The notes beneath the pieces were generated by a model. The model saw only the letters and a program-made list of their open reading frames with translations, did no database searches and was not told the origin of the DNA. A stretch of 64,000 bases of DNA from Octopus sinensis (Eukaryota): the NCBI RefSeq assembly GCF_006345805.1, contig NC_043015.1:434001-498000 (forward strand), written 5' to 3'. Positions 1 through 12,233 of the stretch are shown in pieces. The position numbers were made by a program, and so were the translations under genes. The stretch's first letter is position 1; each line of letters starts with the position of its first letter.

Positions 1-553
1 ATTATGATGATTATGATGACGACGACGACGACGACGACGATGATGATGATGATGATGTCTTAAGATGAGCATGAGATATATATGAATATAAAGATTAAAA
101 ATAAGAAACTGGATATTGATTGGTTGTATATTTACTGAGCCAAATCAATAACGAGAAGGAAGGAAGAAAGAAAGAAAGAAAGAAAGAAAGGAAGGAAAGA
201 AGGAAGAAAGGAAGGAAGGAAAGAAGACAGCAAAGCAGATGCTAATGAGACACAGACTAATGAGTGCAGGGTTTTAGTGCTGCAAAATTAAATGAAGAAA
301 TAAAACAAAAAATAAAAAATAAAAAAATAAATAAATTGTGTGTTTGGAGGAGCAACCATTGACGTCAATGAAACTAGTTCTGTGTGGAGAACCAATGAAA
401 ATGGAGGATTCTAGTTTGAAAGTTCAGTACACCAGAACTCAGGGTTGATTAAGTACTATAGTTTGAATGAGTTCAGGAGAGCTAAGAAAGTGACCAAGAC
501 GTTTGGAAGTCTGCCAAATGTCCAGGTGGGTTTTTAAACGTTTTACCATTTAC

Positions 554-1037
554 CTTAGCGGTGCTACGGTGCTGCGGTGCTGTGCTTGCCTCATTGACAA
601 AGTCATTTAACTGAATTTCCTTTAGGTCAGTTGTTGTAGTAGTGGTAGTAGTAGTAGTAGCAGCAGCAGCTTTGGTGTTTGTGGTGGTGGTGGTGGTGGT
701 GGTGGTGATAGTAATAGTAGTACTGGTGGTAGTAGTAGCAGTAGTTGTGGTTGTAGCTTTGGTGTTTGTGATAGTGGTGGTGGTGGTTATAGTAGTAGTA
801 CTAGTAGTAGTAGTAGTTGCAGCAGCAGCAGTAGTAGTAGTAGTTGCAGCAGCAGCAGTAGTAGTAGTAGTTGCAGCAGCAGCAGTAGTAGTAGTACCAC
901 TAGTAGTAGTATTAGGAGTGGTGGTGGTGGTGGTGGTAGTAGTAATAGCTTTGGTGTTTGCGATAAAGTTTGTAGTGGTGATAGTATTATTATTCTTATT
1001 ATTATTATTATAATTATTATTATTATTATTATTATTT

Positions 1038-1074
<37 letters not shown>

Positions 1075-1077
1075 ATA
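554..1077 (-). CDS. Speculative Thr/Ala/Asn-rich (mucin-like) exon, or a degenerate trinucleotide tract
   Basis: The minus-strand frame has no stop from 1083 to 482. It reads ...TTTAAAATTTT...NTKA(x3)...DLKEIQLNDFVNEASTAPQHRSTAK. There is an AAG|GTAAAT donor at 554/553 and a weak TTCTAG acceptor at 1078. No homology recognised. Confidence 0.25.
636..1075. repeat. Mixed (GTA/GTG/GCA/ATT)n trinucleotide tract
   Basis: Directly visible; triplet register is preserved throughout. Confidence 0.95.
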
Positions 1078-1238
1078 CTAGAATTTAGCGCCAAGTCGAC
1101 CCGTTTCAGTCAGGCCAGTGCACAAAATGATTTCCAAGCGTGACTATCGCGACGATTTTTTCTTGTTAAATTTTGCATAGTAGCTTCCAGCTCGTACATT
1201 ATCCAATATTTCATTTATCTGCTCCTTTCTTTGAAAAC

Positions 1239-1460
1239 GGTGAAGGCGTGTGTCTTGGTGGTCAGAGTGTTGGACTCATGATCGTAAGATTGTAGTTTCG
1301 ATTCGTGGATCGGGTGACGCGTTGTGTTCTTGAGCAAAATACTTCATTTCACGTTGCTCCACTCCACTCAGCTGGCAAGAGGGAGTTATCTTGTGACTGA
1401 CCGGTATCCCGTCCAGGTTGGAAATTATATGCCACAGAAACCGAGAAACCGGTTCTATGA
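1239..1460 (+). mobile_element. tRNA-derived SINE with CORE-like centre (labelled family K here)
   Basis: A/B-box-like head (TTGGTGGTCAG...GTTTCGATTC), CORE-like GCGTTGTGTTCTTGAGCAAAATACTT, and a tail shared with the copies at 4814 and 10176. Confidence 0.75.
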
Positions 1461-2729
1461 AAAAGGAATATTTACTTCACTTTCAATTTTTTTTAAAACG
1501 ACCGGACATGATTTATGATGTTTGGCTTCTATATCTAGCAGAGCAAGAAGCCATGAAAATACTCCAAATATGTTTCCAGCCTATATAACAAGGAATTAAT
1601 GCACTTGAAGTTTTATAAATCCGAAACTGTGTTTCCAAAATTTTTCATAAAACAATGATGCATTGACAAACACTGGGCCTTTACTAATTTTGCTGTCTAG
1701 CTGCTGAGACTCGAGAGAGAGGCAGAGATTATGAGCCTTGTATGTCTTTCAAAGCTGGAGAGATTGATGCAGTTAATGTTTTGTTTGAACCGTTGCAGTT
1801 CACCACCGGCAGGAATGACATGAAAGGGCAAGGGGTCCCAGAGGGTCGAAGTTCTTCAGATGATTGGTTGAGTATGGTAATTAGTGCCAAGATATATATA
1901 TATATAGTGAAGTATAAAGCGGAGTCCCAGTGGTGAAGTTACTTTAACAGCCTGATTTTAGGAACCGGAGCTATTATAGGAGCAATGCAAAAGGTAGAGG
2001 GAGGAGACTGCATGTTCGTGGTTCGGAAACCGGATTGTTTCCGTTAGTGATGGAATGCCTCTTAATCTCCTGGTCATTTTTGGATGCGATCCACAATGAT
2101 ATTATGCCTTAAAGAGAACAGCGAATCTTTTGGATGTGATTATATTTATGCTAAGGCTGTAATTCACTTGTAAAGATCATCGGTGACAGTGATGAGCAGC
2201 AGTTGGAGCTAATAGACGTTATTGATTGGTTGAAATTGCCGAAATACGAGAAATTTAACAACAAATAGCTTACAAACTACAGAATTTTCTCAAGAACGCC
2301 AAGAGAAAAAAGGTGTTTTATATGACACATTCCACCAGTATACGAAGTTTAAAAGTGTTTAGTTACAAAAATTACTTTTTAAATCTGCCGGTCAAAGTGA
2401 AAAGATCCTAAATTGATATATAGATAAATAGATAGATAGTCAGATAGCTAAAGAGATTGATAGATGGATAGCCTGTTAGATAGGTGTATATATATGTACA
2501 TGTAAGTATCTAGCTATCTTCCTCTTTTCTATCAATCTCTTTATCTTTTATTTATTTACCTGTCTGTCCGTCTGTCTATCCATCTCTCGCCCTTTCTTCT
2601 TTCTGACGAAGAGCCATGCACGAAGCGTCACACCCATCATTGTCCATATTAAACTAAACGTCATCTTAATACATTCACTATGTACGTCATTTAACTTTTG
2701 ATAGTTTTGCTATTTGTTCATAATGTTGA

Positions 2730-2733
2730 TATG

Positions 2734-2798
<65 letters not shown>

Positions 2799-2824
2799 TA
2801 TATATATATACATATATATATACA

Positions 2825-2872
<48 letters not shown>

Positions 2873-2957
2873 TATATATATATATATACTATATATATAT
2901 ACATATATATATAACATATATATATATACATATATATACATACATATATATATATAC

Positions 2958-3049
<92 letters not shown>

Positions 3050-3052
3050 CAT
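2730..3052. repeat. (TA)n microsatellite
   Basis: Directly visible. Confidence 0.98.
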
Positions 3053-3278
3053 ATAAGGTGTGGGAGTGAGAGAGTGAGTGAGAGAGGGTGGAAGGGAGAA
3101 ACGTGGTTGAAAACAATGTTGATGTCATAAGATCTGAATAATCGTGATTTAGAAGACTCACCTCTACTTACGTATTATAAATGTAAAATTATATGTGTTC
3201 TTACGTTGACTTAAAAAATGCATATGCTCAACTTGCATCACATAATTATTTATTCACCCGATCCACCACACATCGGTA

Positions 3279-3357
<79 letters not shown>

Positions 3358-3868
3358 TATTATATGTCCTACATAGGTGTGTATTTGTAGAAATACTTTA
3401 TGTACAAGCTTGGCTTCTAGTATGAGGAGAGTCCAAACAAACATTACTATAAAACTCCAAAATTTATCATTCGAAATAAAATTAGGAGTTCTGATGGAGC
3501 GAAAAGAGGAAAATAGCATTTTTTTCAAACTTAAAAAAAGGAATAAAAATAAAACGAAATTAAATAAATCAGTAAATTTGTGGAAAACAAAAATATTTTT
3601 ATATAAAAATGTATTTTAAAATTGGTTATGTCGTGTTGTAACGCTTTGGTGATTTTATTAGTATATTTTATGATATTTACGTTTACAGACACTGCTGGTT
3701 TCGTCTAGGTCAGCTAGTTAGGATATGTATAAATATAACTTACAAAGTCGTGGCAGAACGACACTGTGGACGATATACTGGGCCATTAATTGAAGGGCAG
3801 GTGTTCAAATACTCATCAGTCCATTATGAAAAACGAAAAAGTTTCAGAGTATCATATTAAGAATGAAT

Positions 3869-4456
3869 AAGGCGGCGAGCTGGCAGAAACGTTAGCATGC
3901 CGGGCGAAATGCTTAGCGGTATTTCGTCTGTCGTTACGTTCTGAGTTCAAATTCCGCCGAGGTTGACTTTGCCTTCCATCCTTTCGGAGTCGATAAATTA
4001 AGTACCTGTTACGCACTGGAGACGATGTAATCGACTTAATACCTATGTCTGTTCTTGTTTGTCCCCTCTATGTTAAGCCCCTTGTGGGTAATAAAGAAAT
4101 AGGTATTTCGTCTGTCGCTACGTGCTGAGTTCAAATTCCGCCGAGGTCGACTTTGCCTTTCATCCTTTCAGGGTCGATAAATTAAGTACCAGTTACGCAC
4201 TGGGATCGATATAATCGGATTAATCCGTTTGTCTGTCCTTGTTTGTCCCCTCTGTGTTTAGCCCCTTGTGGGTAGTAAAGAAATAGGTATTTCGTCTGCC
4301 GTTACGTTCTGAGTTCAAATTCCGCCGAGGTCGACTTTGCCTTTCCTTCTTTTCGGAGACGATAAATTAAGTACCAGCTATGCACTGAGGTAGATGTAAT
4401 CGACTTAATCTGTTTGTCTGTCCTTGTTTGTCCTCTCTGTGTGTAGTAAAGAAATA
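3869..4456 (+). mobile_element. MetaSINE-like element (family M): one head plus three 184-bp bodies
   Basis: Head AAGGCGGCGAGCTGGCAGAAACG; bodies start at 3918, 4102 and 4286; B-box GAGTTCAAATTCC. The central GCCTTTCATCCTTTCGGGGTCGATAAATTAAGTACCAG resembles the Meta domain (from memory). Confidence 0.85.
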
Positions 4457-4479
4457 CATGTTAAGAATGAAGTCTTCCC

Positions 4480-4805
4480 AAAATTATTAGTATTAGTAAC
4501 AATATATTTATACATATGCATGCAAACACTGAAGTTTTCTGACCTGGAGTTCAATAGAGAATTAGGGATCTTAGATCTGAACAGGTTCTGCGCTCTTTCA
4601 GCCCAAAAAATCTACATTTATTCGGTCCCTTATTCATACAATGTATGGATTTCTCAGTTGCTTTCCATTTAATCACATGCGGTGTTTCGTTATCTTTCAA
4701 AGTCCATTCGTAGCTAGCCAACTTATTTTTGTCCCTATGTCGGCAGAAGGTTATGTGATTGGGATAGCGATTTTTAAATTCACCTTCACATAATCCAGTG
4801 TCGGA
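4480..4805 (-). pseudogene. Penelope-like element GIY-YIG endonuclease C-terminal fragment
   Basis: Reads TGLCEGEFKNRYPNH...SYEWTLKDN...IKWK...NKC, then after a frameshift LLNSRSENFSVC. This matches the pattern YIGxxExxFKxRYxNH...YIWxLKD...IKW...LLNxRSE of PLE endonucleases. Confidence 0.6.
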
Positions 4806-4813
4806 CTTCTTGT

Positions 4814-5115
4814 GGAGGCACATGGCCTAGTGGTTAGAGAAGCGGACTCGCGGTCGAGAGATCGCAGGTCCGAATCTCAGACCGGGCGATGTGTGTGTTT
4901 ATGAGCGAAACACCTAAACTGCACCCGGATCCGGTAGAAGGTAATGGTAAACTTCTGCTGACTCTTTCGCCACAACTTTCTCTCACTTTTTCCTCCAGCA
5001 TCTAGCAGCTCACCTGCGACGGACCGGCGTCCCTTCCAGGTGGGGAACCTATAAGCCAAGGAAACCGGGAAACCGGCCCTTATTAGCCAGGCATGGCTCG
5101 AAAAGGAACAAGCAA
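4814..5115 (+). mobile_element. tRNA-derived SINE (family R)
   Basis: Head GGAGGCACATGGCCTAGTGGTTAG...CCGAATCTC; aligns along its length with 10176-10479. Confidence 0.85.
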
Positions 5116-5479
5116 ATAAACATAGGTCTTCTTATCAGATGTATTATTATTTTATAGTGTTGCAGTAACTTGTGCCTCATATATGACAGATTTAGTCATA
5201 TGTCGTTGGTCAAGAGGACAGGGACCTGGGTCGCGACAGTTGCAACTGGATTCAGGCTCTTGGTATTGATAACGTGTAATGATACGCTTCATATTAGGGC
5301 AGTAGGTATTTGATAATTTCACATAACGCTTATTGAATATTTTCCTGCACGAGGCTTAACTGCTATCGGTGCTGTAATCGAATGTGACTCTTTAACCAAG
5401 CATACCGACACACAGACACATACATCAATGTAATATAAGATAATATACATACATGCATATTGATTTTTTTCTGTGTCCC

Positions 5480-5605
5480 TTTCTGTAGAAGAGCGTAGGC
5501 TCGAAACGTAAAATACTTTTTTCTATTCCTGAGCGTTATACTAATACAACTGTTTTCTTTTGTACACCACCAGTCTTCGTCTTTTGTTTTTTCGTAAACT
5601 CTCCC

Positions 5606-5610
<5 letters not shown>
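5480..5610 (+). mobile_element. Short PLE terminal-repeat-like element with hammerhead-like head
   Basis: TTT-CTGTAGA-A-GAGC(GTAG)GCTC-GAAACGTA-AAA, TGAGCGT box at 5530, T-rich tail running into (TA)n. Confidence 0.6.
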
Positions 5611-5675
<65 letters not shown>

Positions 5676-5979
5676 AAATTAAATAATAAGGGTAGAAATA
5701 GATTTTAATCAATTGAAACCAGTGGCGTAGCATATTTAAAAAATCCGAAGATTAAAAATTGTGTTACATGCATGCTTGCATACGTAGATATTAAACAAGT
5801 GAAACCATTATACGTAGGTAATCGTTTTTATTTCGTATGTTTTCATTTGGCTTGCTCATTTTTACATTTTGGCGTTTTGCTAAGATTTTTCTTGAGAACA
5901 CATTCTTCGTGGTAATGGCGATTTGACGTCTATGTTTAGCATATTAGGTTTTCCATTTAGTGGTCATTCCTCTTTATTT

Positions 5980-6035
<56 letters not shown>

Positions 6036-6124
6036 ATATGTATATGTATATATGTGACTTCGTGTGTACCGTTGGCGATTTTTTTTCCTCTGTCTTCCCT
6101 TTTCTGAATCTTTCCTTCTCCTAT

Positions 6125-6256
6125 GTTTCCGACGAAGAGCTCCGCTCGAAACGTTAAATCCTCCTTCTTTCCTGAGCGTCCAATAATACTATATTTGTTC
6201 CACGTCCTCGCGTTGTTGTGTTTTTTTTTGTGCTTTCTTGTTTGGATTAACTTTAT
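6125..6256 (+). mobile_element. Short PLE terminal-repeat-like element with hammerhead-like head
   Basis: GTTT-CCGACGA-A-GAGC(TCC)GCTC-GAAACGTT-AAAT, TGAGCGT at 6173; closely similar to 23935-24066. Confidence 0.7.
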
Positions 6257-6315
6257 ATGTATACATATGTATATGTATATATATATATGTATATGTATAT
6301 ATATGTATATGTATA

Positions 6316-6364
<49 letters not shown>

Positions 6365-6460
6365 GTATATGTGTATATATATGTATATTTATATATGTGT
6401 ATATATATATGTATATGTATATATATATATATTTATGTATATATATATATATATATATGA
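6255..6460. repeat. (TA)n/(TATG)n microsatellite
   Basis: Directly visible. Confidence 0.95.
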
Positions 6461-7019
6461 ATATATGTACACAGACACGTACGTACATACACGCATACAT
6501 CATGCATACACAAGATTCCAATGAAGGTGCCTTGGATCTAGATTAGAAACCGGCTGTTTCTCTATAGGCAAGAAATCTTGAAATAAAATTCAATAATACA
6601 TACATGGCATAATACATACATGTAAACAGACATACACACCACATATTTGTGCCAGTGCAAGATCACATACATGGTACTAAACTGAACGAATTAAAGAGAA
6701 AACAAAATTTCATCACTCTGTATAGAATACAATATATAAATAGAGTGATATATTTATTGCTAGCTGCATTCTGTTACTGAAAAATTCACGTCTTAGTTCC
6801 TTCCATTCCGCTCATGATGTTTGATCTTTTAACACGTTAAAATTTCTCTTTTCTCACAAATGATCTAGATTTGCAAATACACACACATTCATTTGTGAAT
6901 GTCTAATTTATTTTAAAATAACTTCGGTGCTAATCGATTTTTATTAAAAATTGGAACAGATATTTGCTTCTGTCCCAGTTTTTTAGCCCACATTATATTC
7001 TTACTTCAGTATTACGATG

Positions 7020-7069
7020 ATTATTATCATTATATTTATTATTGATACATATATTTGTATTATCGCATG

Positions 7070-7106
<37 letters not shown>

Positions 7107-7165
7107 TTTATTATTATTATTATTATTATTATTTATTATTATTATTATTATCATTATTATCATTA

Positions 7166-7200
<35 letters not shown>

Positions 7201-7249
7201 CATTATTATTATTATTATTATTATTATATTATTATTATTATTATTATTA

Positions 7250-7295
<46 letters not shown>

Positions 7296-7463
7296 CATTA
7301 TTATTATTATTATTGTTATTATTATTATTCACATCACGTTTCTATTGTTACTTTCATCATTAAAAAAACAAGATCGAAGTATTGATCCGTATATGATAAA
7401 CACTTCCTTCTTTTTTATTTTTCATTATTATTATTATTATTGTTATTGTAATTATTGTTGTTG

Positions 7464-7520
<57 letters not shown>
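7020..7520. repeat. (ATT)n trinucleotide tract
   Basis: Directly visible. Confidence 0.97.
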
Positions 7521-7521
<1 letters not shown>

Positions 7522-7824
7522 CCGCCACTTGTTTGGACACAAGGCCAAGTGAAATTGGTAGGGATGCAAAATGTGATTATGCGAGATTCATGAGTCACAT
7601 AGTTATGCGATGTTTCATATACTCCGCTTTCTGAGAATTGACCCTCGAGGCCCTTGCAAAAAGTTGCTGTCTACTAAATTTGTTCACACTACATTTTTTG
7701 TTCGGAAGACGATATTATTTTATATGTAGTATTATTTTCTCTTATTCATTTCCTTGTTTCAGCTATTTGACAGGGGCAATACTGGAGCACAGCTTTAAAA
7801 GAATAAAAAAAAAAAATTTTACTG

Positions 7825-8345
7825 TAGGACTTATTCTTTGTAAGTGTAGTTCTTATTTTATCGTTCTCTTTTGCCGAACCGCTAATGTACGAGGACGTAA
7901 ACATACCAACATCGGTTGTCAAGCGATGGTGTGGTAGCAAACACAGACACTTAAGCACACACACACTCATATATATGTGACGGGCTTCTTTCAGTTTCCG
8001 TCAAACAAATCCACTCACATGGCCGTGGTCGGCCCGAGGCTATATTAGAAGATACTTACCTATTTTTTTACTACCCACAAGGGGCTAAACCCAGAAGGGA
8101 CAAACAAGGACAGACAAGGGGATTAAGTCGATTATATCGATCCCAGTGCGTAACTGGTACTTATTTAATCGACCCCGAACGGATGAAAGGCAAAGTCGAC
8201 CTCGGCGGAATTTGAACTCAGAACGTAACGGCAGACGAAATACAGCAAAGCATTTCGCCCGGCGTGCTAACGATTCTGCCAGCTCACCGCCTATTAGAAG
8301 ATACTTACCCAAGCTACCACGCACTGGGAGTGAACCCGTATTCTT
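7825..8345 (-). mobile_element. CORE-like SINE with central microsatellite (family C), interrupted by a family M SINE
   Basis: Reverse complement matches 14646-15134 and 50240-50685; split at 8061-8291. Confidence 0.8.
8061..8291 (-). mobile_element. Family M SINE monomer with 18-bp target site duplication
   Basis: Flanked by the direct repeat TATTAGAAGATACTTACC at 8043-8060 and 8292-8309. Confidence 0.9.
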
Positions 8346-8503
8346 TTAATATTTCCTATGCCTTTCGCCCTTTTGTACATTCTGAGTTCAAATTCCGCTG
8401 GGTTCAAAGGTCGACTTTGCCTTTTACCATTTTGGGGTCGATAACTAAATACCAGTTGTGCAACGGGGTCGATATAATCCATTCTGCAGTTACGTGGCTT
8501 TGT

Positions 8504-8790
8504 GCAGGCGCATATCTTAGTGGTTAGTGTGTAGCACTCACGATTGTGAGATTGTTGGTTCGATTCCAAGACAGACCGTTGCGTTGTGTTCTTGGGTAAA
8601 TCACTTTATTGCACGTTGCTCTGAGATCAATTCGTCATCTGACATGTGATACATGGTGCAGCTGCACAGGTTATATCGATTTAATGGAGGGATCGCACTT
8701 ATGTGAACACAAATATTTGATCACTATAAATAAATCATCTGTGCGATGGTTCGATAATTTTTTGCTGAACCGCCATACGTCTTCTAACGA
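8504..8790 (+). mobile_element. Family K SINE, different tail
   Basis: TTAGTGGTTAG head, GGTTCGATTCC B-box, GCGTTGTGTTCTTGGGTAAATCACTTTATTGCACGTTGCT core. Confidence 0.65.
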
Positions 8791-8847
8791 CGAGAGAGTC
8801 CATGATAGATAGATAGAGAGAGAGAGAGAGAAATACAGAGGCAGATA

Positions 8848-9430
8848 TTTATTTCTTTATTGTCCACAATGGGCTAAACATAGAGGGGAGAAACAATGAC
8901 AGACAAACGGATTAAGTCGATTAAATCGACTCCAGTGCGAAGCTGGTACTTATTTAATCGACCCTGAAAGGATGAAAGTCAAAGTCAACCTCGGCTGAAT
9001 TTGAACACAGAACGTAACGGCAGACAAAATACCCTTTTCCTTACTATCCACAAGGGGCTAAACACAGAGAGGACAGACAAACGGATTAAATCGATTATAT
9101 CGACTCCAGTGCGTACCTGGTACTTATTTAATCGACCCCGAAAGGATGAAAGTCAAAGTCGACCTCGGCCGAATTTGAACTCAGAACGTAACGACAGACG
9201 AAATACCTATTTCTTTACTACCCACACGGGGCTAAACATAGAAGTGACAAACAAGGACAGACAAACGGATTAAGACGATTATATCGACCCAGTGCGTAAC
9301 TGGTATTTAATTTATCGACCCCAAAAGGATGAAAGGCAAAGTCGACCTCGGCGGCATTTGAACGTAACGGCAGACGAAATACGGTTACGCATTTCGGCCG
9401 GCGTGCTAACGTTTCTGCCAGCTCGCCGCC
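8848..9430 (-). mobile_element. Family M SINE array (head plus three bodies)
   Basis: Reverse complement of the family M body repeated; junctions near 9033 and 9207; head ends at 9430. Confidence 0.85.
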
Positions 9431-10175
9431 CTAGTGAAATAGGCAGAAAAATACTAACATAAATGAATACAGTCACACTTTTACTCACAGACACACAGAC
9501 GCACACAAGCATATACGTGTGTGTGCTTCTGCATGGTAATGTATATATTCATGTGTGTTGGTGTATACCAATCTGTACCATATACCGATGAATGTTGTAC
9601 AAGTTGGTGGGAATATTGTAAGACAGACTTCTCGAGTAAAAATATCTCTCGTGTCTTTTTTGTCGCCTACATTTCACAGAGAAACCACGAATCGCTCTTA
9701 AACTCGGAAATGTAAAACTTTTCGTCTTCAGTCTGCTGTAAACCTGTTTTAACAAAAATATGTGTTGGTCACAGCTTGTTTACTATTTAGTATATTAAAT
9801 AAACAAATAAATGTCACAGTGTTTTCTTAGATCTCAGAGGAAGTCTATATCTTACAGGTACAGTCTTCCACACCTAAAGTTTTTTTAATTTTTTTATCAG
9901 TAATACGATCGAGTCTTGTTTCCACTATACAGGATATTGCAATATTCATTTTCAACAATCTTTTCTCGCAGGTGACTTTAACTTGTGTCGCCTTGTTTGG
10001 ACCCGACTGCCCTACTAACCTTCTAGTATTTATTTTCTCCTAACTTAGAACGTCGTCTGATTTTTATTTCTGTGTTATATACTGTTACATTTACACTTTG
10101 AATGCGCCACAGAAACAAATCTACGTCTAATTTGTTGATATCTGTCGATTTTTGCTGTAATTAAGTTTAGTGGGT

Positions 10176-10479
10176 GGATACACATGGCCTAGTGGTTAGA
10201 GCAGTGGACTCGCGGTCGAGGGTTCGCGGGTTCGAATCTCAGATCGGGCGATGTGTGTGTTTATGAGCGAAACACCTAAGCTCCACGCGGCTCCGGCTGA
10301 AGGTAATGGCGAGCTTCTGCTCACTCTTTCGTCAAAAATTTCTCTCACTCATTCCTCCTGCATCTTGCAGCTCACCTGCGACGGACCGGTGTCCCGTCCA
10401 GGTGGGGAACCTATATGCCAAGGAAACCGAGCAACCGGCCGTTATGAGCCAGACGTGGCTCGAAAAGGAACAACAACAA
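10176..10479 (+). mobile_element. Family R SINE
   Basis: Homologous to 4814-5115; B-box GGGTTCGAATCTC. Confidence 0.85.
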
Positions 10480-12233
10480 GTTTAGGGTAATCGCAGTGCG
10501 AAGTGAATAAATCATGCTGTACTTCTAAGTATGTAAATTTACCCCTTTTGTAGAGGCAGATATTACAACTTTCAATCTCTATACTGTTCACCTACAGCTA
10601 AGCTGCAGTTATACAATTGGCTTTACTACCTCACTTTCAATATCTCGTTATATTAATATTCTTTGATTATATATATCAGCTATCGTTCCTTTCTTTGTAA
10701 ATTTAATTGTCTTCTCGGGAAAGACTTGCACAGATCTACTCTCTTACGTCAAATATCATTAACAGTTTCAATTTAAGAATCTCGATGACAGCAATATTTT
10801 TGCCTTTGAAATTTGCATGTTCTTCGAATGTCTAAAATATTTGCTCATGCATGAAGTGTGGACTCAGTACCTGGAATGAAAAACAAAATTTAAATAAATA
10901 AATAGCGTGTCATATAAACATTTAAGCAATTTGGAAATATTTGTTATTTTACAAAGTTTTTTAAAGATTGTTTCTTCTTCGTCTGGGGTAGCGGTGAACT
11001 TTTATATCACGAATTACGTCCCAAAGTTTTTTTGTGAAAAAAAATCCGTTAAAAATATATAGAAGGGTGAATATAAACAAAAATACAGCGGAAATAGAAA
11101 AAAAAAAGAAAGGATGAAAATTAAACAAACAAATGTAATTAAAAACACAAAGGCAGACATTGACACTTCGGATAATACTGAGAAATACACAAACGAAGAC
11201 ATTTGCAATGCAAATGCAGACACTGACGATAGCCAAATAAAAGTAAACCGCAACACAGACAATAACGAAAATAGCTTTGCTAATGATTTGAGCAAAATAA
11301 AAACGTGAATTTACACATTGACGGACAATCTGAAACAGAATGTCAGAGAGAGAAAGAGAGAGAGGGGAGAAGGATGGTTAGGGGGAGACAGAGAAGGAGG
11401 GGTTAGAGTTAGAGAGAGAGAGAGAGAGAGAGCTATATAAAAGAAAACTGCCTTCTTGCTTGACGGTTGAATCGCGGAGGTACGCCATTTCTCTCTTTAT
11501 AGGTAGGGAGAAGTGTCATTTCGTCGCATCTGTAAAAGTGGATGGCCCTTCGATAGCTATGAAGAAAGCAATCAAAAGACACCGTTGACGATGTATGAGG
11601 TGATATGATTTTCATTATAAAAGGTAAAATGTTCGGATGTATGCGTCTGGTTCTCGAAACAAAGAGCAATTTGAGGGGACTGGCTGAGTAACTATATATG
11701 TGTGTCAGACACGCCTTCAATTTTTAGCTACAATACACGACGCTTCGAATTACAATCAAGACCAGGAACATTGTTTCAGACATTGAAATTCGTCTGTCAT
11801 AAGGATTAAGTGCAAACGCAAAGGCCGAGGCGGGCAAGTCGATTTTTGCATGGATAGGAAGGTGTTAATGCCCCCCCCCCCGACATCACTTAAGATAATA
11901 GATCTATCCTTGTGCAGTAGTCCATTGTAAGATATACAAAGAGAGTGTGATATTTCGACTTGTTCGGGGCAAAAATCACAGCTAATATACAGGTGAAATT
12001 AAGACCCAATTGTGGGATATCTGCTCTCGGGATCTGGAAAGGTAGAGGAAGGAGAAAGAAAGAGAAGGAGAGACAGAAGCACAGAAAATACAGCCGAATT
12101 TGCGACAAAGACATCATGCTTAATAAACATTAAACAACTAAACCGAAGGCAACTGATCATTCATATAATTCACGGTCCAGGAACTGAAGTCTAAGACTCA
12201 TACAAAAAGCCAAAGTCACGGAAGTCGAAGACA

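Noticed and set aside
1742-2230. Possible LINE RT remnant (QSGFR- and PVPK-like strings on the minus strand)
   Set aside because: The motifs are in the wrong order and too short to support the call.
3918-4456. Regularly spaced repeats as a possible CRISPR array
   Set aside because: Units are 184 bp with no unique spacers, they are SINE bodies, and the context is eukaryotic.
4814-4890. tRNA genes in SINE heads (also 10176, 52480-52555, 57142)
   Set aside because: A/B-box-like motifs are present, but there is no complete cloverleaf and each head runs directly into a SINE body.
6511-6590. CAAGATT-CCAATGAAGG...GAAACCGG...AATCTTG as a hammerhead
   Set aside because: The core is mutated (CCAATGA) and no consistent helix II or NUH site can be drawn.
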